This document shows, piece after piece, positions 11,252-23,120 of a stretch of DNA of 64,000 nucleotides (its first letter is position 1; each line of letters begins with the position of its first letter). Source of the DNA: Yuukianura sp. NJ FZ-2021. Its lineage: Eukaryota. Where the stretch lies: contig CM102284.1 of NCBI GenBank assembly GCA_046563655.1, positions 1,612,001-1,676,000 of the forward strand, in the 5' to 3' direction. The notes under the pieces are model-generated. The model did no database searches and was not told the DNA's origin. It was given only the letters and a program-made list of their open reading frames with translations. Position numbers and translations under genes: made by a program.

Positions 11252-12495
11252 TCATGGCTTCACTTGTAAAATATTTCCCAGTCCATATCGCTTCACATAC
11301 TTGTAAGCAAATAGTTCGCCATCTAGAATATACTTGGCCGTTTGTATATAATTTTCAACTGCCGGGTCATCTGGGAAGTATTCCAGTAGTTTGTTAGAGC
11401 ATAGCATAAAATCGGCATAAGCAAAGTGAAGATTTTGGAGGGAAATTTGAAAAGAATCGTCCAGTGACATTCCAGTCTGTGCCACACGCAGCAAAATTGG
11501 ACTCTCATGGATAGCCTTTTCCTTCAAATCTTTTTTAATCCAAAGATAGCATTGGCATTCACGCAAATTTCAGAGTAGCTTGTCACCATTTGGTCAAATA
11601 GGAGATCATCCCTGACTTCTTCCGGAAGTTGAATTCCAAAGCATGCACAAAGGAATTCCAAGTACAGCTCCATTCCATGGACATAGTGTAGCACTTGTGA
11701 ACTTAAATTCGGATGCATAAGATGTTGCCGCTTCGAAGCCAACTCAGTTTGCAGTAACTTTGCCTGAGCAGTTAAATAAGCACAGCGCATGGGAGGTTTT
11801 GAAAAAAAGTTTTCCCGCAAATTCAGTTCGGAAAGATCATTCAAAAACTGGGTACAAATTTTGACCAATCCAGATAACGTTTCACTTGGCAACATCGCGA
11901 AAGATTTAGCCGCGTACATCATAATCTCCTGATTGGATATGGCCAGACTCCAGCGCCGATGGAACCCCGCGTAAGGCACTGATTTTGTAACAGTTTGCGC
12001 ATGCTCGTCATGTGCGTCTATAAAATCATCTACGGCGTACGTTACACACCAAGTGTAGCTAATTGTGCGCATTACACGTGACTGTATGTCTTTTGAAGGA
12101 CTAAGGCATGCCGTTGCGACGATGAACTCTTGAAGCATTTGAGTCAATTCAGCAGCCGATTTGTGCGGGAAAATCGGTTTGCAAAGGTCAAGAAGATGAT
12201 TGGCGAGGTCACGGGTTGACTCTGTATCGTCCAAGCAAGAAGGCACAACGTACTCTCCCGGTTTCAAGACAAAAGGAATCTCACCGCGGCAGTTTTGAAT
12301 TTTACCAAAGACGGGATCAGATATTGTTCCAAGGTCAAACGACATTCCATGAAAATTCCTCCGATTTAAAAACGGTAGTGGAGGCCTGACACGCCCAAAC
12401 CCACAAAATTTTGAAACTGAACATTTTTGTCTCCAAAACAAACTTTTTGTTGGCAAATTTGAAATTTTTAAAAAACTTGAGACAGATTTGAACAT
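11252..12495 (-). pseudogene. Microbial-type class I terpene synthase-fold gene, copy 1, with a single 1-nt frameshift near 11531-11536 (pseudogene, assembly error or slippery site)
   Basis: Collinear with 13209-14453. AVDDFID (DDxxD), GIQLPEEV, NAIFGLKK|DL, KRY. The A-run has 6 A where 7 would keep the paralog's frame; the two ORF halves are otherwise intact. Confidence 0.7.
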
Positions 12496-13208
12496 TTCTT
12501 TAAGTTTTGTTGCACAAATACAGTGATGGATGTTGTGACACACTGAAACTTCTACTGAGCACATCATTAAAATATTTAACATGATATATTAAATATTTTA
12601 TCTATCTTCATTAAAGTTGTGAATTAACTGGTGTTTTGCGTGGAAACTTCCTTTAATGTAATTTCATGCTACAATTTATGCACGCCATAAGAAACTTAGG
12701 TTGACGTAAGTATTGTCGACCACGACTGGGGCTGTAGGGTACAGCGATAAAGTGTCGACACTCTCCACACCTTGTGTAAAGCACACCTCATCGCAACGAA
12801 TTTTGCCGGTTAGGTATTATGTTTTTGTGTTATCAGAAACTAAGTTGCCATGTAAGTAAAGTTGCCCTCCTAACGTAGCCACAAAGCGTGAATTGTTGCT
12901 GGGTACAATTGCGATCGAAAGACTTACTTCAACCAACATGAATTAAATGGGAGGAAAGGGAATAAAATTTCGCTTTTTCTCAAGAATGACGACGGCAAAA
13001 TAACTTATTGTCAAAACACCATGAATTTTGCTAGTTAACAACAAAAATACACAATTCACACAATAAGGATTTAAACTTATAATACCTATATAATATAATA
13101 TTATTTTATTTTTGCATTTTTTTCAGTTGCCAATTTATTTAACTAAATAGGATATTATTTTATGCCAGTTACAGTCTGAGCATGTAGGAATCATGCGTGT
13201 TGCCATCT

Positions 13209-14453
13209 TCACGTTTTCACTTGTAAAACATTTTCCCCTCCAAATCGCTTCATAAATTGGTAAGCAAACAGCGCACCATCTAAAACGTACTTGGCCATTT
13301 GTATATAATTTTCAACTGCCGTGTCTTCTGGGAAGTATTCCAGTAGTTTGTTGGAACTTAGCGTAAAATCGGCATAAGCAAAGTGAAGATTTTGGAGGGA
13401 AATTTGAAATGAATCATCCAAAGAAATTCCAGTCTGTGCCACACGCAGTAAAATTGGATTCTCCCCAATTCCCTTCTCTTTTAAGTCTTTTCTCAATCCA
13501 AAGATAGCATTGGTATTGATGCAGATTTCAGAGAAGCTGTACAACATTGGTTCAAATAGAATGTCTTTCCTCACTTCTTCCGGAAGTTCAATTCCAGTAC
13601 AGATGCAAATAAATTCCAGGTTCAACTCCATTCCATGGACATAATGAAATATCCTGGAATTCAAATTTGGTTGAAAGAAAGTTTCCCGCTTCCGACTCAT
13701 CTCAATGTGTAATAATTTCGCCAATGCAGTCTGAAGAGCACATCGCATGGGATATTTTGAAAAGAATTTTTGGCGTAACTTGAGAGCCGACAATTCATCC
13801 ACAAAAATGTTGCATGCTTTAACTAGTCCCGAACTGGCCTCACTTGGCAACGTCGCAAAAGTTTTTGCCGCGTAGCTAATGATGTTCTGATGTGACATGG
13901 CCCATGTCCAGTGTCGATGGAATCCCTTGTATGACACTGCCCGAGCAACTGCTTGCGCATGCTCAGCATTTGAATCAATAAAGTCATCTACGGCATATGC
14001 TATACACCATGTTAAACAAATCGCCCGCATTTCACGTGACTTGACGTTTATGTAAGGACTTAAACAGGCACTAGCCGTAATAAAGTCTTGAACTATTTGA
14101 GTCAACTGCTGATGAGATTTAAGCGGGAAAATCGGCTTACAAATGGCAACAAGGTCATTGACGAGGTCACTATTTGGATCGGGGTCACTCACGATAGATG
14201 GCAGCACATATTCTCCTGGTTTCAAAAGAAATGGAATGTCACCGCGGCAGTTTTCAATTTTACCAAAAACAGGATCCGATATTGTTCCAAGGTCAAAAGA
14301 CATTCCGTGGAAGCTACTTTGAATTGACAAGCTAGAAGGTGTAGTGATGCAACGATAGGTACAAACTTTTGAAATTGTGTCTACTTTTCGCCAAAACAAA
14401 ACTTTGTTTCGGAAGTTTGAAATTTTCAAAAAATTTAAAGCGAATCTCGACAT
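13209..14453 (-). CDS. Microbial-type class I terpene synthase / isoprenoid synthase-fold protein, copy 2, with putative mitochondrial presequence
   Basis: Intronless, 414 aa: YAVDDFID, GIELPEEV, NSE-position NAIFGLRKD, NPILLRVAQTGISLDDSF (cf. NLVxVL..GxSLQEA), KRF near the C-terminus. N-terminus is R/K/S/F-rich and nearly free of acidic residues. Confidence 0.8.
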   Translation of the reverse strand: MSRFALNFLKISNFRNKVLFWRKVDTISKVCTYRCITTPSSLSIQSSFHGMSFDLGTISDPVFGKIENCRGDIPFLLKPGEYVLPSIVSDPDPNSDLVNDLVAICKPIFPLKSHQQLTQIVQDFITASACLSPYINVKSREMRAICLTWCIAYAVDDFIDSNAEHAQAVARAVSYKGFHRHWTWAMSHQNIISYAAKTFATLPSEASSGLVKACNIFVDELSALKLRQKFFSKYPMRCALQTALAKLLHIEMSRKRETFFQPNLNSRIFHYVHGMELNLEFICICTGIELPEEVRKDILFEPMLYSFSEICINTNAIFGLRKDLKEKGIGENPILLRVAQTGISLDDSFQISLQNLHFAYADFTLSSNKLLEYFPEDTAVENYIQMAKYVLDGALFAYQFMKRFGGENVLQVKT

Positions 14454-15187
14454 TTAAAAAAAAACAAGTAAGTAGAATGAATTTCCTCCTCAACTTTTTA
14501 TACGTACTATTGCTAGATAGAAGTGACACTAAAACTTTGTTTTTCAGGATCTTTGAAGTTGGAAATTTGTTTTTGTGTAGAAAACATCCAGGATTGAAGA
14601 AAAACAGGTTTTGTACACAATTTCCTCATCAACAGATGCAAATCTAGTAAAAAAAAAAACTTGCATGAAAGCCCAGGAAGAACAGGATTCAAATGTAACA
14701 TTTTCTCACGAAATTCAAGAAAGCCAAACTTGTCAAACGACTCTAATTTTTGTAGCTAGCAAGAAAACCATTCGCCCTCAAGCACATTTTTTCTTTCCTA
14801 TTTTTGAAGCTAGTAAGATGGAATTCTGAAATTTTAAAAAATTAGAAAACAAAAATTTGAAATTTCAAGTGCGCTTTTGTGAACATTGTTATATGTATAG
14901 TTCATCCGCTGCTTTTCACTTTATTTATTAATAACATTTATTATTCTCTAATTTATAATGAAAATATGCAATTTTTGTTTTTAATATAAACCTTAAAACT
15001 TCAAACGCAAAACCAACTTAGACGCATATTCAAGAATGAGTTTCAAAAAAAGAAGGGAAACATTGAAGCAAAGAATGCGGGAAAACCCAATACCTGGAAC
15101 TCCATTTGCTCATTGTTTTTGTTTGTTTGTTTTTGTTTTTTTTTTTGTGAAATGGCGAGTGATTTTTCTGTTTCCAATTTTTTTTTT

Positions 15188-16465
15188 TTACACATTTTCC
15201 CTAGTTTTCCAGAAAAATCCTTTCATAGCTTCACTCACATTGCGGTAAAATTTGATTTCCGTTTCCATGTATTTGAACCACTCAGCCAATTCTTTTGCCT
15301 CGTCAAGTGTAGTTTCTCTTTCATAAATGTTAGAATGTGTCATTGAAGGTATCGGTCCAATGCCAACCCCTAAAAAATTATTTTGAATTTAAAAATAAAA
15401 AAACGTTGAAATTCAAAATTTGTTCAAAATTTTACATCCCTGACCTCCATATTGACTCGGCCTCGAACGTACACAAAGCAAACTGCATAAATTTGGGTGG
15501 GTTTCAAGTGTTCCTGAACGACTGTAAATCTGTACTTCCCTGTTCACTCCGGGACAAACGCACCGCGGGCCCTACAAAAACAGATAAATTTTTTGAAAAG
15601 TTTCTTTTTTGGAAAATTTTTCAACTTTAAAAAAAAAATGTTTTACTCCGCCATTCGAGAGGTAAACCAGTTCAGCCAAAAGAGTGTTAATTATTTTCCA
15701 AATCGTTGCTTCTTTGCCAAGTTCTTGTAAAAATTGGTTCTCTGTGATGTTTGCAGGATAACCACCGCCAAACTATAGTATAAAGAGCATGGTACGGTAT
15801 AAAGCGTATCACAAAGCAAAGAAATTTATCATCATCTTATTACAAAATTGAAAAATGTGAATATTTTTAGACCCTAAAATCAATTTTTCAAAATCATTTT
15901 TTTTCAACTTACGACATATTTGGAATTGAAGTCATTGTTTCTTCCTCCCGCCGCTTCAGGATTGCAACTATTAAGAAAACGCGGCACCACTGAAATACCT
16001 AGAAACCGAAATTGCAAAACACGAATTCAATTAAATAAATAATATATGTTACAAATAAAATATTATATTATATTTGAACAATACTAAAAAAATCTTCGTG
16101 ATTCATACTTCTGGAAGCGGCAATTGCAGAACATTTGGCGTAGCAAAAATTCTCGTACTGCACTAAACCTCCAGATGGCCCATAAGAGCAAAATGGTCTC
16201 CTCAATAACGGGCAGACGCAGTCGTCCTAATGTAATAAAATACGTAAATAATACATGATAACTAATGTTTATAATATATTTACTAGGGTTTATTTAATAG
16301 CCAAATAATATGGTTTAATAGATTGGTGTAATATGTAAGTAAACTTCAACCCCACAACAATCATTCAACAGCCATATTTACAAGCTTGAATTTCTTGAGA
16401 TTCGCAGTCCCTCTAGTTGCAAATAACACCAGCATCACGCTTGACAAAATTTTGAAGTGGCCCAT
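15188..16465 (-). CDS. Secreted protein with two non-classical Kazal-like domains, multi-exon (not in ORF track)
   Basis: Hand-spliced: signal MGHFKILSSVMLVLF; DDCVCPLLRRPFCSYGPSGGLVQYENFCYAKC; ELGKEATIWKIINTLLAELVY; CVCPGVNREVQIYSRSGTLETHPNLCSLLC; EWFKYMETEIKFYRNVSEAMKGFF-stop 15188. One internal acceptor (~15780-15870) is uncertain. Paralog at 25805-26956. Confidence 0.7.
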
Positions 16466-17382
16466 TTTGAAAACTCTTTCAACACAACACAACTCTTTTA
16501 GTTCTTCCTTCGAAATCTAAAAAATACAACTAAATATATTTACGCCTGCTTCACATAAACCCAGTAGTTCAACTAAATAAAGCCAAAACGAAATTTTTTG
16601 TTCAAACCGGAAGTTGCTTCGTACCGGACATGACAATTGTCCGGTCATGCGGTCAGACCACAGCAAAAACACACAAACGCAAAAGAAAAGAAAAGGAAAC
16701 GAAAACATAACAGAATAAACGTCATCCACAAAAGTAGTAAGGAATTTGAAATAAAATTGTCAGAAATCAATCAAATAGTAGCAGTAATTTAAAATTTAAC
16801 ATAAAAGTTAGCTACGCATTTTTTTTGCTTGTTAATTTTGTGATAATCCATGGATTTGCAGTAATAGCCTTACCGAAAAAGTAAAAACTCAGCTTGATCA
16901 GATTCCAATCCAAAAAGCTAATGAACTACAAGATTAGATTAAGTTCATGTAGTTAATAAAATAAACAACTAATGATAACCTGAGCATGACAAACGCAAAC
17001 AGTCATGGCGCAGTTTCGAACCACGGTCAACTAACTTTCGATATTTAAAAGTTCGTTGACTTAAACTGTTAGGTTAGTTTGTAAGCAAAATGGACAGCAA
17101 AACTGATATTTTTGGATTCGCGTCGCCACAAACGCTTTGTTGTTAAAAGTTCAATTAATTCTAGACGGTCTTTGAAAAGTATAAATGCAAGTTAAATACA
17201 GTTAAATAAACACAACTTTTTTGTATTTTTAATATTCAGTTACTTTCAAAAATTACTTCCTCAAATCTGCTGTGTTAAAAAAAACTGACCATAATACCGA
17301 GCTTGTTCAAAATTGAGCTTATCTTCTTTTCAAAAAATCGAAATTAAAACTTAAATTTTGGTAGTCGAAATTTCAAATTGCA

Positions 17383-17731
17383 ATGGGAAAGTGTGATCAT
17401 TGTCGCGGAAAAGGCACTACTGTTTGTACTGGATGCTACGGAGGGGGCAGTGACCCTTCGTGTATAAGTCCACCGTGGGTCCTGTACTTGCTACACAACA
17501 TTTGTGTTGCATGTGCTGGCTATGGGCGCCAATTGTAAGTCCTCCCACGGAAATTTCAATTTTCTAGACTTTACCTCAAAATAACCGCAGCATTAGGCCA
17601 ACCTAAACAAACTGTATTTAATTACAATTAACCAAAATTTTGTTCTAACTTAAATTTGTTTTGGCCTAAGGTGTTCACACTGCTCTGGAACTGGAAAATT
17701 TTGGACTACCAGCGCTAGTCCCAGTAACTAA
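17383..17731 (+). CDS. 70-aa stand-alone DnaJ-type zinc-finger (4x CxxCxGxG) micro-protein (not in ORF track)
   Basis: Exons 17383-17534 and 17671-17731 (GTAAGT/TAAG) give MGKCDHCRGKGTTVCTGCYGGGSDPSCISPPWVLYLLHNICVACAGYGRQLCSHCSGTGKFWTTSASPSN*. Confidence 0.8.
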
Positions 17732-17889
17732 TCTCCGGGCGTAGGAGAATTTCAAAATTCAAAAACAAATTTGTTTATATTTTACATATTTTTAAAGTTT
17801 TTTTTATACTAGTGTAAGGTCTACTTGACATCTAAAGTCAAATAAAATAATTTTTTACTCGAATCAGGTTGTGCTTAGGTTTGACCAGT

Positions 17890-18542
17890 TTAAAAATGGT
17901 AGTAAATTTTTGCCAATCTCTGAGCCAAGGGAACAATGGCATCGACGCCCTTTCCAGCATCGTTGCAATCTTGTTTCAGTTGCAAGTAGTCTGCATTTGT
18001 AACTTGAGTTGCATTTTCTGAAGGAGATCCATCACGACGGTACAGTTGATCCAGTCCCAAAACGAAGTTACAATATGCTTCTTTCCCATCTCCAAGAACA
18101 TGAATTTCAGTTTGTTCATCCACTGAAACACATTTTCAAAAACAGCCGTAAGTTTTTTGTTGTTTTTGAATGTTTGAATTTTGTGTTCAAAATTTTTAAA
18201 CTTCCCTAACTTGTCAAATTATCCTTGAGGTACTGCTCCATGTCAGCAATGTGGGTTCCATTTTGCTTGCACATTTCTTGAACATGGTTGAAGTAAACTT
18301 GATATTTTTCAGGAAGCTTTTCCTGAACAATTTTCTGTCCATCACAGTATGCCGCTTTTGCTCGTGCTTCTTTTTCTGGACTCCAAGGCTCGCTTGTTCC
18401 ATTAACAACTAAAGAAAAGTAAAAATTTTAGGCACAACTAGTTACAATGTTTCTAAAAAACATTATGTAGAAGGTAAACATTATTGAAAACTAACTTACG
18501 GTAAACACCAAATGCGAACACAACGCACAAAAATTGGAGCAT
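17890..18542 (-). CDS. Small secreted helical protein with 4 Cys, 3 exons, unknown family
   Basis: Signal MLQFLCVVFAFGVY|LVNG, exon 2 TSEPWSPEKEARAKAAYC...EMCKQ, exon 3 DEQTEIH..AYC..QDC..YYHF*; splice phases are consistent. Confidence 0.7.
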
Positions 18543-19004
18543 TTTGTTGTACGTTGATTTTAAAACACAAGTTTACAGCACAAAATTTAGTGCTCCTGAA
18601 GTAACACCAAAGTGCGGATGGTGATGGATGGGAGAGAGTGTATGATATATAAACGATGTTAATCAGTGAAGTAATTAAGAATGCATTAAAATGTCAATTA
18701 CTTAAGTTTATGTTAAACGTGTTTGGAACTAACTAATGAAAGACATGCAATGTTATGAAATCCTGTTAAAAGTGAAGGTCAAATTTCCCGAAGGCAGTTT
18801 TTACTGCAAAACATAGTCTAATTCCGAACCACTAGTCTCCTCTTAATACATTATATTCTCCGAAAGCCTTATCTGTCACTGCTGCAGTAAAAATCACACT
18901 AAAAGTGGACGCAACGTGCGTCAGATAAGAGAGAGAACTTTTATATTTCAAGTTTGGGTTACAATTTTGGTTAAAAACTACACAAAAAATATAATGTGAC
19001 GTCT

Positions 19005-19154
19005 GATCCGTTTCCGTGTCGTTTCCTAGTAGGAAACGGTTCCAATGCCAAGTGGAAACGGAAACGAAACAGAAACGACACGGATTTTTCGTTTCTAAAA
19101 TATTTGGAAACGGGCAAAAGTTCCGTTTCCAGACACGGAACTTGAACATCCCTA
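19005..19154. mobile_element. hAT-like MITE end fragment with GGAAAC subterminal repeats
   Basis: Clustered GGAAAC/GTTTCC motifs ending in GAACATCCCTA (TAGGGATG-type terminus); no partner TIR found. Confidence 0.35.
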
Positions 19155-20101
19155 GTCCAAAGTCAAACACCTTCAGGTTAAAACTTACTTCCATTGTCTT
19201 CGTAGAAGCTACTTTCTGTAGTACTAGGATAGAATAATATTAGAGATGTTTTTAATTATTTTCCTTAAAAATTAATTTCCTGAAAAAAATTTCGTTAAAA
19301 TTTCCTTAAAAAATAAAAAAAAAACGCAAATTGAGCTGGCGTCAGCCCGGATTAGAACCGGGTTTCTTAAGTAGTGAGAGCAACTTTTTGAATCAACTTT
19401 GTAAGTGAACATTATATGTGTTTATTGGCGGCAATGGAACAAAACTAATTTTTAATGTACAGAAAAGCATTCCGCGTACACCCTTAATCCTCATCAAAGT
19501 CATCGCAAAAAAGAAGACGAAGGTATGCTTCCGTCCAGGTTAATTTGGTGCTAGTTTAAGTTGTTGCTGCAGATGTTCTTGATTATCTGTGTTTTGTAAA
19601 AAAATCAATAAACATTAGAAATGCAATTAGAACCACATTAAGTTGTATAACTCACTACATAATTTTGGAAAAAGGAAATTTCCTTTTACTTAAGTAATGG
19701 AAACAGAAAAGTAAAACATTCCGCCCAAGCAAAATTGCCTCCGAGAAGCTTTTAACATTTCTTATCTGCATTTTACCATTCCAATAAGCAAATTGCCAAA
19801 AGTTCTCATACCTTCTTTATGTTTGCCATTTCTGTACATTAATATTTCAAGAGAAAACTTCGCTTTAAAGTTTCGTTTTGCTAATGTTTTCATTTAAATT
19901 TCAGTAGAAACCCAAGGGCAAAAAGCTAATTATATTAAGATGCCAGGAAATTGAAGTATACTTTTAAAAAAAGTATGTTATGACTTTCCTATCGCCAGAA
20001 ACGTCAAAAATTTGCAGTCGTCTTAAGCGCACGAAAATATCCGCACTGAAAAGAAGCGTCACTTAACTGTAAAGAACTCGTGAAGTTAATTTGTCAGGAC
20101 A

Positions 20102-22636
20102 ATGAGGAATTCCAAGTATTTGGACTATACACTCGGTGTATTTCATGCTGGATTCTTTTGGCATTGTTATACTTTTTATATTCAAAAAGATTCCAAATCT
20201 CGTTACGACGTTGTCAAATCTATGAAACCTAAGATTAAACGTATTACTGTTTGTGCTACAGTTTTGATGAGCATAAGTGTGAACTTGAGCGTTATATTCC
20301 TATGCGCTGTATTTGGAATTCCATATGAACCGAAACAAGAGTTAATAATGACGTTCATAGCAGTGATTGCGGTCGAAGTTCTGCTCATTGGAGTCCAAAT
20401 TTGGTACTTGAGCTGCATTGATGACATTCCTGGCATCGTGGCCGCATACATTAAAATTTATATACTTGCAGGTAGGTAGAAGTTTGTTGACCCATAATTA
20501 TATATGGTTCCAGGTCATAAGGGCTAAACCAAAAAGGGCTACTCCAATAAGGGCTACTCAATAAGGGCTAAAAAAAATAAGGGCTACTCCTATATAGGCT
20601 ACTCCAATAAGGGCTACTGTCAATAAGGACTACTGTCAATAAGGGCTACTATTAATAAGGGCTAGATTCAATAACAAACTAATTCAGTTACATGCTTAAT
20701 TAACTTCCACTGTTATATTCCTGCATCTTAAACCTAATCGTTGTAGAAAATATATCAAATTAAAAATCAAGACTTCCTCGTAATTTGCATAAGGGTATCG
20801 AAGATGCTCTAAAATGCCCTAAAGCTTTGGTATGGAAAACACTTAATCACTATTGTAAATTAAATAACCTAACGCCGCGCCTTCGGCGCGGGAAAATAAG
20901 CAAACATGCTTTAATTAAAGTAGCCCTTATTGACAGTAGCCCTTATTGACAGTAGCCCTTATTGGAGTAGCCTTTATTGGAGTAGCCCTTATTTTTTTTA
21001 GCCCTTATTGAGTAGCCCTAATTGGAGTAGCCCTTTTTGGTTTAGCCCTTATGACCTGCTACGATTATATATAGTATAACATCTTCACAAATTCAAAATT
21101 TTGGTATATTTCTAAATATTAATAACTCTGATTGTAACCCGGAGTGTATAAAAGTAACGAAAAATGACGCAATCGCGACTAGCTCCTCATGCTGGGCCAC
21201 CATTGTAAGTCATTGTGGCATAGGTCGTAAAAAGGAAAATAAAAAGTAAACTTTTGACCGGGAAGGAGGTCAATTAGGTTCACAAAAGTTGTTTGATAGG
21301 TTGAATACCTTTTGTTTAGTTCATCTTCTAAGTTGCCGCGGATGAAACCGGTTGACACTGACCTTTAACGCATTGATAACAATTGATATTCAATTGTTAA
21401 CATTTTCGGGTCGCTAAGTGGGTACCAGAAATGTTGAGCAGTTCCCGAAGTAATTGACCTAGACGTCTGGCCAGACAGACAGGCAGGCAGACAGAAAAAA
21501 TTAGCTTTCAATACTTAATAGAGGAAATTATGGTTGTTGAAATTTTTAACCAGCAAATTTTTTCGTAAAAGAAGCTGAAAAACTAACAAAGGTTAACCTT
21601 AATTTTTCAAATGTGTCAAAGTCGAACTATAGTGATTTGTCTCAGTTTTTTGCCAAAGCGAGCGGTATCTAACCCTGTCCTAATTTACAGAATCGAAAGA
21701 TGACTCAGAAGTTGCCAAACTTGACGACGGATTGAAACTGATGCTTTGGCTCTTCACTCTCTATCGCTACTGGGCAACCCCTGTAACGCTGGTTTTCTTT
21801 TACTTTACAAACAATGACGTATCACAGCTTCCGTTCCAAGTATACGCAAGAGTTATGGGAACTGAACCAAAATTTGAAGGCACTCATATTTTTCAGTACA
21901 TTATCTACCATGCAGGGATCGTAACGTATACAGTTGTTGGGTGCTTTTCGCTTTTAGCTGCCGTGTTCTCCGTATATCTATTTATACAATGCGCTCTGCT
22001 GTATGTCAACTCAAGTCGACATGGGATACATCAATGCGGGTATAGCAATATCATAAATTTTTAAAAACAATCACCTGAGCTTGAACATAAAAAATGAAAT
22101 TATAAAAAAAAACATTAACATATATTTTTGTTTTTTTTTACAGTAAAATTCTAGACGCAACGACTACTTGGAGTTCAGTCAATCAAATTCAACGGCAATA
22201 CAACATTCAACAAGTTTATTGTGCTTGGGCCAATGAAGTATTTTCAGGAATTGTAGAATTCTTGATTTACACAGCTTCCACTGTTCTCACGGTACTTCTA
22301 TATGGCCAGTTCAAACTAAGTAAATATCCATTCACATCGGTTTTCTTCGTCATTCTTGCCGATTTGTGCGCAGCTTTTACTATTGTATTTGCTTTAAAAA
22401 CGTGCCTTGAACTATCTGTGTCATTGTACTCAAACTCTTCGGCATGCTGCAAAATTGGCGGTAAAAAACAAACGGATGAGGACTGGGGAATGTACAATCG
22501 AAAATTCTGGAATTCAAAACGACCACTTGTTATAAAGGTTGGATCACACTTTGCACTGGAAACGAAACAATACATTCTCCACCTCTTCGGGGATATTATT
22601 CTTCAAAACACAATTTTTCTTATTATTACGTTTTGA
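20102..22636 (+). CDS. Divergent 7TM chemoreceptor (gustatory/odorant receptor superfamily-like), 3 exons
   Basis: Hydrophobic exons 20102-20471, ~21691-22037 and ~22144-22636; C-terminal FWNSKRPLVIKVG..ETKQYILHLFGDIILQN motif is shared with the receptors at 51.6 and 59.5 kb. Confidence 0.65.
20506..21063 (+). mobile_element. Foldback / Mutator-like non-autonomous element B with AATAAGGGCTACT repeat arms
   Basis: Inverted repeat arms; 9-bp TSD ATTATATAT at 20497-20505 and 21064-21072; ends GGTTCCA.../...TGCTACG; central AACCTAACGCCGCGCCTTCGGCGCGGGAAA. Confidence 0.9.
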
Positions 22637-22799
22637 ATATGTCTCATACGTTGAATACATTTCTCGCAGTTGAGTATTTATAGATAATAAGTTACTGTGT
22701 TTCACACCAATTTTTCAAAATTTTCAATTAATGCAGAATGCCATAGAAAACGCCAAGTTAATGAAAAAAAACATAGGCAACCACGCTATCCTGCCCTTA

Positions 22800-23120
22800 A
22801 CGTTTCTAAAAAATTAACCTATAGATAGGTAAAATTATTGAAAACTAAGTTACGGTAGACACCAATAAATGCGGACACAACGAATAAAAATATGAGCATT
22901 TTGTTGTACGTTGATTTTAAGCACAAGTTTACAGGAAAAAATTTAATGCTCCTGAAGAAAAACAGAAATGTGGATGGTGATGCGAGAGATAACCAATATT
23001 AATCAGTGAAGTAATTAAGAATTTATCAAAACTTCAATTACTTACCTATGTTTATGTTAACCGTGTTTGCAACTGCTAATAAAAAATATGCAATATTATG
23101 AAATCTGATTAAAAGTCAAG
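22800..23120 (-). pseudogene. Orphan duplicate of promoter plus exon 1 of the secreted-protein gene at 17890-18542
   Basis: Aligns by eye to ~18447-18780; encodes MLIFLFVVSAFIGVY with the donor changed to GTAACT; no exon 2 found. Confidence 0.75.

Noticed and set aside
19335-19385. tRNA-like segment (minus-strand GGTTCTAATCC, B-box/T-arm-like)
   Set aside because: No D-arm or acceptor stem could be folded; at most a tRNA-derived SINE relic.
21130-21530. Possible Helentron/DINE-like element with CAGA/CAGG microsatellite in the receptor intron
   Set aside because: Termini and hairpins could not be defined.
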